Shown here piece by piece: positions 1 to 13,364 of a stretch of DNA of 64,000 bases (position 1 is the stretch's first letter; the number at the start of each line of letters is the position of its first letter). The position numbers and the translations under genes are program-made. Where the stretch lies: positions 1,230,201 to 1,294,200 of the forward strand of contig NC_092670.1 in assembly GCF_964355755.1 (NCBI RefSeq), in the 5' to 3' direction. Under the pieces are notes generated by a model that was not told the origin of the DNA, did no database searches, and worked only from the letters and a program-made list of their open reading frames with translations. The stretch comes from Antedon mediterranea (taxonomy: Eukaryota; Animalia; Echinodermata).

Positions 1-1595
1 TGCCCAATATACAACAGGGTTCTCAATGTTCAACTTGAGCTGCATCTGGCCTACAGCAAAGAGCTACATGAAACCAAAGCTTGTTAAAGCTTGAAGCAAC
101 ATGTTCATGACTCTCTATATTCAAATTCACATTACATATAGATTGGGATTCTTTACAACCTTACAGCTACTGTACGACAAGAACTTATTTATCTTCTTAT
201 TAAGAAAGAATAAATAATGTTATAGTGATAGTAATCCAGTAAATTCTGTTGCTTCATCATTGATCAGATCGGTCCTATGCTTCTGGTTTGATGACAAACT
301 ACTATTATCCGTTACCTAACATTTTTTTTTTTAAACTAAATAGTAGATATATTAAAATTTAAGTTTAAATAAAAAATATGTACAATTTTAGTTTCCATTC
401 TGTAGCTTGCTGTTACAAATGATGTTAAAACCTTTATGGTCCTAAAAGAGTAACCTCCAAGTTACAAAATGGCAGCTTGTGCTTAGAAACACTATTGAAT
501 ATTTTATATACTATATGACTCAAATGGTGACTACGTCATCTTCAAACTAAACACAATTACTATCTAATAATAATAAGACTGAGTTATACAGTTTGAAATC
601 TAATATAAATTTCTAATATTTTGCAATAAACTTTAACATCGACCTTGGAAACATTTACTAATCTTTGTTAGAAATTGCATGAAACGTTGATGGATATTGG
701 AATGTTTCTATCTATATGCAAACGCATATTACTTGGGCATATATAGTATTATTTTATGTAGAAACCTGAAATTTAATGAGTAAATAGATGAATGCATGGC
801 AAATAAGTTGGCTCATTCTTCATTCATTCATTTTCTAAGTATGCAAATTAAGTTGTTCATGTTCTATAAATTAATGCAACTATGTTTGCTGCAGTTATTT
901 ATTGCGACCAAAAACAAATTTATTTTTGAATAGAATTATCAATAAATCACCTTGCAATGTATATTAATTGTTGATGATAATGAATGCATTGCATTTTAAT
1001 TGCAAACTTTAAGGTGGATGCATATCTTTATTGGAAGATCTTTAAACAGAACTAGCTTACTTTAAAAAGATACTTCATACAATGGAGGACGGTTGAAGCT
1101 AGGTGGAGGTCTTTAGAACTAGAATTTTGGGTTTTGGCAACTATATCCATATACTTTCAAAACATTTATACAGAAATAATAATTAATGAATTAATAAAGA
1201 ATTACATTCGCATTCAATGCATAAAGTGTGAACCCTAGCAATTCTTATTAATATGTCTTTCATCAGTATGTGACGCATGTATAAAGTGTGAAATATACAA
1301 TCAATCATTTTTATTAAAGCTCAATGCGAGTTCATGCACTGTATATTGATCAGATAATAAGTATGAACTTAAAGCTGTCTTGTAGGCCTACTTGTTACAT
1401 GCATTAGTATGTTCTACCGTGTCCTAATACACAATGTGAACATTGAATGGCTTGAAGTTCAGTTAATAATTATTTTATTGTTGAAAACATCATAAAAGAG
1501 AGCAGAAAGCAGAAGGTTTGAAAGAAAATATGGTGTTAAAGTTGTAATTGTTTAAAATAATATCACAAATTTAATTTGATGATTTAAATTTGTAG

Positions 1596-4497
1596 GTATG
1601 AGACACTAGATGGAACTGCTGAAGCCAAGTCAGACTATGTTCCTATGAAAGGAATAATGGTTTTTGAGCCAGAAGAAACTGAAAAGTTTCTTGAAATTGA
1701 GATCATCGATGACAATGAATGGGAACCAGATGAGACGTTCTTTGTCAAGTTGACTCTGGAGGAGAAGGCCGACGGCGTCGTCCTCGGAAAGCACCCAATT
1801 ACTGAAGTCACTATTATCAATGATGATGGTGAGAATCAATTATATTCACATATTTGAAAACAATCAAAATCCTTACAAGGCGAGGTTTAGAATTTCTTCT
1901 GTGCCTTTTATATATATTGATGAAGGGCTAGTGTTGGCCGAAAGCTCTCCTAATTTTTGTGGCTGTTTTACTTTATAGTTTTGATTTAGCTTTTTGCTTA
2001 TTTTATTTTGAATCTCTATTGAGATCCAGCTGATACACACAGCATTGTCATTTTTTCAGTAATTTGCCTCTGGATTGCTATATATATACTGGGATACATA
2101 ATAATATGCACAAGAATTTCTACAATTTTATCAGACATAAGGAGTGAGAAATACTCTTATGTGACATACTGTAGCAAACAAGTTGTAGCCCTCTAGATAA
2201 TGTAATTACAGAAAGTGCTTGCAAAATATTCCTTTTAGTTTCTTCCCATAGGCATCTTTTATAATAACATCTTTCCTTTTGCATACATGCTCCCTTCTCC
2301 CAAATGCATCCATATTATTGCCGCTTAATAACTACCTCGTTCTCGGACTCAATAAAAGGCAATTATTGAACTGTAACCGATGAACAACTTCTGACGTTGA
2401 TAACGATGATGAAAAATGTTAACGACGTACAACCTGTCGTTTCGTGTCAACGAACAATTCATCAAATATAATATATTTGAATTAATCTGCTGCCATTCCC
2501 TGCAATCAATTCAGAATCTAGCATTCACCAAATTCCTGTTTCAATCTGAATATTGATATTACAAATTGAAGATGTTAATTTATATACATAATACAAATTT
2601 ATATAAATACACAGTATTAGTAAATAACATTTGACCATTTTATTCTAATACCAATTTAATGCAATGAAATAAAACATTTTCAACATTTTAATTCTTTACT
2701 AGAGCCTGGAACTTTAGAGTTTGCCAAGACCAGCTTTCTGGTAACAGAAAACATTGGAAAAGCTGAGCTACCTATCCAGCGTCTCAATGGATGCGATGGA
2801 AAAATTGAAGTGACCTGGCGCACTAAGGATATTGAAGCAGTAAACGGCAAAGACTTTGAGGGAGGAGAGGGCACTCTAGTCTTTGAACACGGAGAGAGGG
2901 AGAAGAACATTCTTATCCCAATTATTGATGACCAAGAATACGAGAAAGATGAAAGCTTTCAAGTGGAACTCTTTGATCCAACAGGAGGCGCTCAGCTCGG
3001 AAGATTGAAAAAAACTGTTGTTACTATCATTAACGATGACGGTGAGTTATATTTTTGTCTCTCACATTGAGATTATGTTTGGTTCCTTCTTGATAATTTA
3101 ATCTAGATTATGAAATAGATGATTTCAGCAAAGCCATAGGTGTGGTGTAGGAATAATTTACTGGACAGCCTGTAGGGAGTGAAGTTGTAATTGTATTCAC
3201 TGATGATTATGTTACAACTTTAATTGTTTAACTTTTACTTCTCTAATTATTTTGCACGATATTTCATTGAACTAATTGATTTAACTGATTAATCTAGATT
3301 ACAAAACGATTCTGGACCGTGTGGTAAACATCACCCACATCAACATGGACCGACTAAAACTAGGCAACTCTTCATATGGCGACCAATTCGTCGATGCTAT
3401 GAATGTCAACGGTGGAGACGTGGAAAACGCGACCTTTATGGACTACATCTTGCATTTCTTGACTTTTGGATGGAAGGTATATAAGTTGACCTTTTGCTGA
3501 ACTGACTTTGAAAGAGACATTTGTGTTTCTAATAATAATCCATGAATTATGCTGTTTCCCTTTGTGTCTTAAAGTCATATCTAAGATTAAAGGAGATTTT
3601 ACTTATTTCTATACACAGCAATTCAGTTTATTTACCATTGGAGAAAAGATACTAAATATACTACAGTAATTAGACTAAAAGTTTTCATTCATTTTTATTT
3701 CAAATCTTTTTTTTACCACACTATTTGATACTAATTATTTCATGATTTCTTTAATAGGTCATCTTCGCTATTATTCCGCCACCAAACTTCTTGAATTCTG
3801 GTGGTTGGATCACATTCTTTGTGGCACTCGGTTTCATTGGCTTACTGACCGCAATTATCGGCGACTTAGCGTCAATCTTTGGTTGCATAGCAGGCATTAA
3901 AGACAGTGTTACAGCTATCACATTTGTTGCACTTGGTACCAGTTTACCAGATCTTTTTGCGAGTAAAACCGCAGCCACTAATGAGAGATACGCAGATGCG
4001 GCAATCGGCAACGTCACTGGTAGTAACTCCGTGAATGTGTTCCTTGGTCTTGGAACACCATGGGTGATTGCGTCAATATACTGGGCTTCAAAGGTAATTG
4101 AATTTGTTAATTGTATTTATTAGTAAACCTCTAATGAAAGTTTTACATATATTATATCAAAACGTAACAGACACCCCTTTAGAATATTCTAAAGCAGCCA
4201 TTGTATGATGCCTACTGCCTACAAGAATAGTAGTTAATTCATTGAACTTTCCTTCTCCAGGGCCAAGATTTCTGCATTGAAGCTGGTTCGTTGGGGGTGA
4301 GTGTCGTCATCTACACCATCTGTGCCTTAATTTGCACAGCTTTGGTTGCTTCTCGTCGTGTGCTTGAACCATTTGGTAAAGCCGAGCTTGGAGGACCAAT
4401 GAATATGCGATATCTCAGTGGCGCATTCCTCATATTTCTGTGGTTCATGTATATTCTCCTGTCATCTCTACAAGCATATGAGGTCATCAACCTGTAA
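1596..4497 (+). CDS. Sodium/calcium exchanger (SLC8/NCX family), last 5 coding exons; 5' part lies upstream of the window
   Basis: Exons 1596-1828, 2703-3041, 3298-3476, 3758-4093, 4261-4497 with AG/GT boundaries in continuous frame. Two Calx-beta domains ([16 protein letters not shown]; [15 protein letters not shown]), alpha-2 repeat [14 protein letters not shown]...[17 protein letters not shown]-terminal AELGGP...[11 protein letters not shown]. Paralogue identity cannot be assigned. Confidence 0.95.
1917..2078 (+). mobile_element. Probable solo pseudo-LTR fragment of a Penelope-like element with degenerate hammerhead motif
   Basis: Flanked on both sides by (TA)n; starts TTGATGA-AG-GGCTA(gtgt)TGGCC-GAAA-GCTC (hammerhead-like core with stem II), followed by a T-rich tail as in PLE pLTRs. 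Confidence 0.55.
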
Positions 4498-4812
4498 GGT
4501 CATTGACCTTTGGAATCATCGACCTTCAGGTCATAACATCAAGCTTAATTCATGTTGCATCCTAAGCCCAACAGATACTGTTGTTGATTGGCCTGTAGAC
4601 ATGCATGAGAAGCTTACATGAGTTTACAATTCCATTGCTATGTGTATTTGTATTCTGCCATAACACATTATTCCATCAACAGTGTCGGTTGGGCTTAACA
4701 TATGGATATATAATGACTAATAATGTGGACAAGTAATGTCCATATGTGGGCATGATACAGTTTAAAAAATTCAATTTGATATTTTGAAGAAAGTTTTAGT
4801 AAAATATCTGAT

Positions 4813-5015
4813 AAGGGACCATCTCTAATAAGAACAATTTCGTTTAGGGACCATCTCTAAGAGACCAGCTCTAATATGAACTGTTTCCTTTAGGGACCAT
4901 CTCTAATAAGAACCATTTCTTTTAGGGGCCATCTCTAATAAGAACCATGTTTTAGGGACCATTCTAATTTGAACCATTTCGTTTAGGGACCACTATTATA
5001 AGGACCATTGCTAAT
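4813..5015. repeat. Degenerate tandem repeat, ~30-bp unit (TTTAGGGACCATCTCTAATAAGAACCA)
   Basis: About 6-7 imperfect copies in the NCX 3' region. Confidence 0.8.
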
Positions 5016-5456
5016 CAAAATGAGGTGTATTTCGGCAGCGAGAAATACTGCAACTTATTAAAACACCTTTTATTAAAGTTCATATTTATGTAAATCACAT
5101 GTTTTATACTTTTGTAGCAGAAATTCAATGTTAATAATGCAGTAACTGCAGTAATTTTCTGTTATCTTACTTATACATTTTGAAATAAATAAGGTTAAAT
5201 ATGTAATTACATAGATTACCTTTCATTCATTAGGCAAATTCATTAATTATTTATTGATTGGCTAATAGATATAAAGTAGTATAACACATATTGTCTTTTA
5301 AAACTATAAAACTAAAAAATTCTATGTATGTTAATTTATGCAAATTTCAACAAATTTAGATGTTTCTATATTTCTCATTTCATTGAGTGTGTTCTTTACC
5401 AAACAATTCATACTGAATTATTCAATATAATAAATTACAAAATACAGTATATTATA

Positions 5457-5654
5457 CCGTATTTGACAAAGTACAATCATACGCGCGAATAATCCCACCC
5501 TACTTAATAGTCCTCTTGGTTCCCTCTTAGTGGAGGCAACACAATGACGTAAGCGCGCCATGGATAATTTTACCAAACCAATCTTAAATCCTTTGAAGTA
5601 CCGTATGTTATACGCGTTCCACTTTTTCCCTAGGTTATACTATGTCAAATACGG
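5457..5654. mobile_element. MITE with TA target-site duplication (Tc2/pogo-like terminus CCGTA)
   Basis: TA|CCGTATTTGACAAAGTA ... TACTATGTCAAATACGG|TA: 17-bp TIR with one mismatch. Confidence 0.7.
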
Positions 5655-6036
5655 TAGGTAATTATCGTATTAATTTTGATTATTGTCGTCGGGTAAATTT
5701 TTCACCCTTATAACACGATGCAAGTATTTTATATTATACTATTTCTAATATTCAACTCACTGTTAATATTTGTACCTGTAGCTTTGCACATATATTGGGC
5801 GTGTGTTATTAATTTACGTTCCTGATTAAATTATTATAATTAAGTAGTATCTGGTAATTTAAAGGTAATTATCGGTTTAAACAAAGAACCATTTGAGAAG
5901 AAGTAGATGTAGTTGAGGAAGGCTGCACTGCCAGCGCGTAAAATATCGATGACCCGTGAATACGCGTACGCACAAGTTAAGTCTTGTTTTCCACGTCGTC
6001 TCTACACGATGACGCGACGGAAAGATGTACACGTAA

Positions 6037-6194
6037 AGCTTGGTTCCCACTAGGACGTAAACGCAACGCAAGCGTTTTAACCAATGACAAAAGTGAAGTT
6101 AGCAATGACAAGCGAATAAGCCATCGCTTGTGATTGGTCAATTCAATTGCGTTGCGTTACGTCCTTGTGTTGCGTCGCTAGTGGGAACCACGCT
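6037..6194. mobile_element. PIF/Harbinger-type MITE
   Basis: TIRs AGCTTGGTTCCCACTAG / CTAGTGGGAACCACGCT flanked by TAA and TTA; internal ACGCA/TGCGT repeats. Confidence 0.65.
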
Positions 6195-9100
6195 TTAATG
6201 CAAATGATTTGACCATTTGATCAAACACGAGCGACGGATCACCTGAACTGTTCCTTGTGATCGGCCAGAAATTACTTGGATTGCGCACGGAAAAAATTAG
6301 TAACACTCCAACAATGTCTACTTTTTCAATACTTGAATCTTTACAAATTCAAATTTAGTTTGACTTTGCTTCTTTTTAAACGTTTATATCCTATTTTTGC
6401 TGCAGTAATTGTAATTACTGAAGTAAACCGTCATATTGTAAATTTGACCTCTCCGTTAGTGTTAAATGCGATATCTTTGTGTTTTTAATGACAATTTATG
6501 TGATTGTTATTTTGTACAAAATCTAATGACATTTTTATTAGTATTTAAATTTGTGTAAATTGCTAGGGATTGGGGTTTATTCATTTTGCTAAACAATCAC
6601 TTGAAGCACAACGGTATTTAGGTGGAGTCTGTAGCTAAACATTGGAGTTTGTAGTTTAATAGTGGCATAGCTACTTGGTTTGAGCCTATCTGACACATAA
6701 ACCTGCAGTTTCGCTCTCTACTAATTGTTATGCCACTGATCAACCACACATTCTCTAAAAGCATGTTTATTTTGGTGTTAGATGGTAGATAAAATAATGT
6801 GCAATAACCATACAGTTTAAATGTGACGCATTTCAAGTGGTTATTTGGAATGTTGTAGCAAGGTAGAAATACACAATTATTAATAAATTTACTTGGTGTT
6901 AATTCGGTCTTTACACTTGTTATTCTTTTGTAAATTATTAGTTTGTATTTATCTGCTAACACATTGACCGAATAACTGAATGAAGTATCGTAACGATCGA
7001 TCAGTTACATGAATTATCGATTAATTAATTAGTGCTATTGACTATGGCATTGATTTGGTTTTGACTAAGTTGATTTGTGGTAAGTGTCGCGGGTTTAAGT
7101 ACACGTACAGTATGCAAATGGCGCGTGATATTTGTTGCTATGAAACATTTTACGCAACAACACTGTACGCGAATAACAGTAACTATGGACGATCTTAGAA
7201 TAATAAATACATTGTGGTTATAATAACAGCAGTACATTGGAAGATACCTCATGTTTAACGTACTAAAAGGGATGAAGAAGGATGATTAATAAAGATCCAT
7301 TTAGAAAAGGTACAAAACAGTTTTAACCTTCAATATATCATTTTGATGTATGCTTATAATATTACACAAATATCGATGAAATGATAGTGGCGATGGAATG
7401 GTAAGGTAGAGGCCTACTGCTGAGGAGTGCAGTAATATGGCAACAAACAAAATAGTGATTATGTCTTATTGTTGTGGGGTTGATCTAAAATGAAGCAGAG
7501 AAGGACGACGGGGCAGAGTATGAATCATTCACTTTGTATGGGAACCTGTTACCTGTCGTGTTGTAAAGCCATGTTTCTTTCCTATATCTGTTCCTATTAC
7601 AAACGGTTTTTGTTTTCAATGTTGTGCGTCAATAAAATACGTAAGCTACAATTTGTTGCCTTGAAAGCTAATGTGATATAATGATAACCCGTTCTATATT
7701 GAATCATAGGAAAACCTATTTAAGTCAAAAGCTTAATTTAGACATAGCTTTACGTATAGGCAGTGAGTGGGTGGGTGACACAAAGCAAGTTCTAATTGAT
7801 TTCAATCTTATTTCTTATCAACCTAAATTTGCTTGCAAGATAAATCTAGCAGTCTATCGGTTTATTTCATCATACACGTACTAATTTAATTTAGTACATA
7901 CTAATACCAAATATGGTCTTTAAAACGTGTAAATAACAAAATGAAATACTTACATATATGTATGACATAGGCTTGTAAGTATAGAAACTTACACACAATT
8001 GTCTATACAATTACTTGTTGTAAAACATAAGACAAATTCTTCTTCTTCATAAATTCAAATATTTATAGTGTAATTCCTTTTTAAATATAGACGCATTTTG
8101 TACTGGAACAACACGCCGCCTCGTCAAATCATCAGTGAATGCCCAGTCCACCTGTATTGTAATTGTCTTATTCAAAATGCACATATATACAGGTGTCGTT
8201 TATGAACTAGAACTCAACTAGAAGAATCTATAGATTCAGTTCTAAGTACACACGCAATAACTTTATTTTTCATCTGAACAAAAATCCTTTAAACAAAAAA
8301 GAGAGTTTTCGTCATGATTCATGTTTTGTGAATTATGGTCCAAAACGGCGTCTTTGTCGTTTATTTAAGGCAGGGATTTCTACATAATTAGTTTTGATTA
8401 CCTTTACGACTAACTGAACAGTTTAGTATCAGATGGACTCTCAATAAACATAAATCTTGCAAAATACTATCAAAACATTATTATAAAACATCTTTATTTA
8501 TGCTCGATATATGAGAATGGATTTTTTCCCATGATGTTTTTTTTTGCCTTCATGCATGATGTGGTATGTATGGGCATGTTTCAGAATGTTGTTTGCATCG
8601 TACTGTCAATATTAGGTTATAATAACTGAGGACGTACAAACTGTATAATCAGTGCTTTTATTTTAAGCCTGAAAAGTATTTCAGTCAGGCAATTCACATG
8701 CAGCTTTTCGGATACAAGTAGCCAATTATAATGATGAAGATGTTCGTATCTATGCAAGTATCCCATCAGACTTCTTTGCGTAGCAACGTGTTGCTACTGT
8801 CATAAATACCCTTATGTACAGTGACTGTCTTCTTTGTTGTCTGTATCATTATTTCCCTTACGTCATTCGATAGGTCATAATGAGGTCACGATTCCACCCG
8901 CACATCCAAAAATAGCATTTCCTCGGTAATTTCATTATTTCAAAACATCTGTCGTTTTTTCTCGATCAATTAATAATAAATCATAATTATGATAGACTAC
9001 GGACTATCTTTTTGCTGATGACGAATGTTATTACATTAAATACTTTGTCAGCTGGCTCCCAAATGAAAACTATGTATCCAATCATAATCATATCTAATTA

Positions 9101-9460
9101 TTTAATCCATGATACGATTATACGTACGCGGGTTGTTCTAAAAAAAGTTTTGAAATAGCGACTGCACAGAGGGCGCTATTTTATAATAGTTCATCTGATT
9201 ACCTATCTATACAGTAGTACTCTATACAGAGATTATTATTATAGAAAATATTTATATATTACATATTATGCAATTTCTATAAATTCAATAATTCATTCAT
9301 TCGGGTTAAAAGATTTCAGTAATGGTCAAGTTAAAACTTACTTGGTGAGGAGCTCTATAAGCCTAACTGAAGCGATTTTAGCGATAAAAGTACTAGTAGA
9401 TTATCTAGTTGAATGTAAAAAATGGTGCTTAACAAAGATTTTTTTTAATTTTCTACTTAG

Positions 9461-10476
9461 ACGAACCATATCCGAAAACAATCAGCAGAGGTGGTGGATC
9501 ATTCGCAACACAATGTGAACGACAACGGTTTAACTACCAGGACGCCACACTGATTCCCTGGAATGACACAGACACCGTAACTAGCTCAACCAATCACCTG
9601 CTTCAACGCTACAATGACATAATATCAAGCAAGAAGGATAGGCCTACATATTTCAACTATGAAACATATCTAAGAATGAATCAATTGATTAGAGATTTTC
9701 CAATGGAGAAGGAGCTTCCAAGTTACAGCTCAGACATTGAGTTGGTTCCATTTCCAAAACAAAAGAAAAAACGACACAAGAAACGTAACCCCCATAAGTA
9801 CGACCATCGTAAGGGTAGAATACATGTTGTAAAATCAAAAACAAGGTCACCAGAATATATGACTACAGATGATGACGATGATGATGAGTCACTTTCAGAT
9901 GAATCTATAGACACTTCGTATAACAGATATTTGAAACATAGTTCAAAATCTAGCAGCAGGTTTAACGATGATGCAAGAAGGCAAGGCACTAAGGAAAGGA
10001 GATTATTGAAGGAATTAGAATTGAAGAAACTGAAGGATATGAAGCTGTATTCAGATCGGCTACCTAAGAACAAATACAAGGAGAAAAGTGTAAAGAAAGA
10101 GAAGAACGTAAAGAAAGAAAAGAACGTAAAGAAAGAAAAGAACGTAAAGAAAGAGAAAAATATAAAGATAAAGAATCTAGCAAACAGAATGAAGAAAGTG
10201 TCCAGTAGTGTGGCATCATATACTGATTGGACAGACACAACTGATTTAGAAGATAACTTAGATGATGATTTAGATAATAATCTGAACAAACCATTCACCG
10301 AACGAGAACACTTTGGGGATCAGCTCAATTTATGCTCGCTGTCAACTCTACCTCCGTTGAATCAGCATTATAGTCAACCTTTGAACTTAATTGCAAAAGG
10401 CATCCCACAGAGTTCAGAAAAGAAAACGAAATCAAAGAAAAAGAGCAAAAAACTTAAGGAGAGAAAATATTATTAA
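9461..10476 (+). CDS. Unidentified Lys/Asp/Ser-rich low-complexity protein, probable terminal exon
   Basis: Acceptor ttttctacttag at 9460; frame is open from 9463 (EPYPKTISRGGGSF...) through the 266-aa ORF to TAA at 10476; AATAAA at ~10585. No recognisable domain and no upstream exon identified. Confidence 0.6.
10090..10165 (+). repeat. Coding 18-bp tandem repeat (KKEKNV x4)
   Basis: GTAAAGAAAGARAAGAAC repeated about 4 times in frame. Confidence 0.85.
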
Positions 10477-10706
10477 GAAAATTACAATGTACATATTTTA
10501 AGAAAGAAAATACATTTTGGATACTTTTGAATAATTCAAATAATTATAGTACTGTATATGTTTATGCTAATTTATGTCAAATTTAATAAAGAAAACGGTG
10601 CAAAATATGTGTGTTCTTTGTTTATTTATTATTATTATTTCCATTAATTTCATTAGTAAAAATGCTATAATTAATGATGATCTTTAATGGTGTCCATATT
10701 ATGTAG

Positions 10707-10838
10707 ATACCAGGGCCGGGCTAAGGTTAGTAACTTTGCCACTTCATTGTACATACCAGGGCGGGGCTAAGGTTAGTAACTATGCCACTTCATTGTACAT
10801 ACCAGGGCGGGGCTAAGGTTAGTAACTTTGGCACTTCC
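10707..10838. repeat. 46-bp tandem repeat, ~3 copies
   Basis: ATACCAGGGCGGGGCTAAGGTTAGTAACTWTGCCACTTCATTGTAC at 10707, 10753, 10799. Confidence 0.85.
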
Positions 10839-10961
10839 TTGAGGATTACTAACTTCCTCATTTCCTAGCCAGTAGCCACAACCTCAAAATAGTGAACAGA
10901 ATATAAGCCAAAATGCAGATAACTTCATCACAGACACATTCATCCAATCAAATTGCTGGCA

Positions 10962-13364
10962 TCAGATCCCACTACTTGACATAGCGCCATCTATCGGTAG
11001 ACAGGTCCCACTAACCATTGAACTCTTGCCACTTAGAAGAAATAGAATCACATGAACTACCTCATCAACCTCTGTTAAGATAAAAAAAAAAGTTTGGGAG
11101 AAATTATTCATTATTGAACAAATGTTACAAGAAATATGGAAGGTATATAGATAATGAATGAATGATAAATGAAGAGAAGAAGGATCAACACATGAATGGA
11201 TGGCTGGAAGATTATAGAAAAAGAAACAACTGCCTGAATGGAAAGTGAAAGTTTTACCTGCAAACCTGCCCAGTGGAATCCTTCGTTTCATTGGATCTGC
11301 TTTCTCTGGTTTACTCCAACCTACTTTACCCATAGCAGTGTTTGTCACGGTTGGATTCACTGAGTTTACCCGAATCTGATTTGTAAAAGGAGGAAAAAAG
11401 ACAGTGAAATTCAATGTCACATCTATCAATGATGACATCATATCCATCAATGATGACATCATCCTTACTGTGACATCATTCATCATATGTACTTACATTT
11501 TTTGGACCAAGTTCAAGTGCCATTGTCTTTGTTAATGAATCAACTGCAGCTTTTGTTGCACCTATTAAAACAAATGTTATACTTATTGCAATGCTTCATG
11601 ATACAAAATGCTAAGTATATACTTAGTGTAACCACTCATAGCTGTGTTGAATCTGACATCCATAAATTTGATGATATCATTAAAACAAAGGACATAATCC
11701 CACTATGATGACAAAACATCCATACTGTGACATCACATCTTTCTCTCTTCTACTTTACTACCCAATGATAGGACCTACTGTGCATTACATTTGTATCACT
11801 GTATTACTTACAATATACTGTATGGTTTGTCAAACCAACAAGAGAGGCTTGACTTGACACATTAACAATAGCGCCCCCTAAGCCTCGTTCAACCATCCCT
11901 TTAGCCACAATCTGTAACATCAATTTTAGAAATTACAGTAAATGGTTTATTTAGAGATTTGTAATGAACTTTGTGTCCATTTTTTACTTGTTTATCAGAT
12001 AGGATATACAGTATTATTAAAATTGTCAAAGAAAAAACTTATTCTATCTATACATGACAATGACAAGGCTTGGATTACACATTTCTAGGGCACTTTTTTA
12101 TAATAATAAATGTTAAAAAGAGTTTCAAGTTTGAAAAATATTACCTGTGATATCTGTATAATTGACCAAACATTTACATTCATTAATCTGTTAAAAACAA
12201 ATTTGAAGGTGAAATTAAATTAATCATGATTGGTTCATCAATCATAGAAATGGCAACTGAAGGCCCCCCTTGATTGTCAACATAAGTTGGTTAGGGTCAC
12301 CCTCTATAAATAAGGTGTAATAAAAATGTATTCAAACAAGAAACACATTTTCAAAGAATCCCTAAATACAGCTCTAGTATTTGAATGGTACTTACTTGTC
12401 AAAAATGTCTTTTGTCACTTCTAAGAACGGCTCTAATATTGCGACTGCAGCGTTGTTTACCAACAGGTCAATATCACCGCAGTTATTCACAGCTACTGTG
12501 GTTGCTTCAACATCTGCTAGGTCTACACAAATGGTCTTTATTTTTGGTACCTACAAAATAGAGATATTTTAAAGCTGTCTTTAAGTATGATGTACCTATA
12601 TTTTACATTTGTTGTCATTTTTAGTCAGTTATCCTTTTAACTATAGATTACCATCAACAACAATTTCTTAACATTATAGTTTAATTTAGTTTAAAACAAA
12701 GTTTCTTGAATCTTGTAATAAGAATTTACGAGGTGATTGATTGGGTGATTGAAAATAAACATTACACCTCAGCCTTGAGACTGTCCAGATCGGCTTTTGT
12801 ACGGCTTAAAGCAAATACTTCTGCACCACATTTTGATAGAAGAATAGCAGTGTCTCTTCCAATACCTCAAAATATAAGAATAATCATAGATAGATTTAAA
12901 TGAATTATTAAATAATAATAATATATTCAATACGAAACATAGTTGTTGTTGATGTGAAAAATTAAAACCACATAAAAATAATTAAAACTAAAATATTCAT
13001 GAGCTTTTCCAAAAACTGTTTTTGTTGTTATCATCATTGTTAGCTTACGGCGTTTGTATATTATAAAACTAGGCCTAGCTAGGCACTCTAGGTACTTAGG
13101 CTTACCCGCCACTACTATCTACCTACCAGCAGTGTACTAGACTAGCTGTACTGAGTGAGTGACGAACAGTCAGTGCGGCCTATTTATTAAGTAAAACTAG
13201 GCTAGGCCTAGCTAGGCCTAGCCTAGCTCTTATTAAACTATTCTCTACCACTACTTAACTACTCTAACTACACATTTTTTTAAATAATAATTAGTATAGA
13301 CTATATGAACACCTTTTCCAGCTCCGGTTACTAATGCTCTTTTTCCATCAAACCTTATATCCAT
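10962..13364 (-). CDS. DCXR: L-xylulose reductase / dicarbonyl reductase (SDR family)
   Basis: 8 exons: 13313-13364, 12768-12865, 12396-12550, 12145-12187, 11812-11911, 11497-11561, 11258-11375, 10962-11071. Translation [21 protein letters not shown] (TGxxxGIG), [19 protein letters not shown], catalytic [31 protein letters not shown]...LPIDG. Confidence 0.93.

Noticed and set aside
8780-8797. Palindrome GTAGCAAC-GT-GTTGCTAC as an RFX X-box
   Set aside because: Half-sites are in the reverse arrangement to a canonical X-box; too short to support a call.
8758-9082. GTATCC motifs at 8758 and 9074 as U12 donors for the orphan exon
   Set aside because: They lack the following TT(T), and splicing from 9074 to 9461 gives an early stop.
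9723-10298. 191-aa Phe/Ser-rich minus-strand ORF
   Set aside because: Antisense shadow of the Lys/Glu-rich plus-strand ORF.
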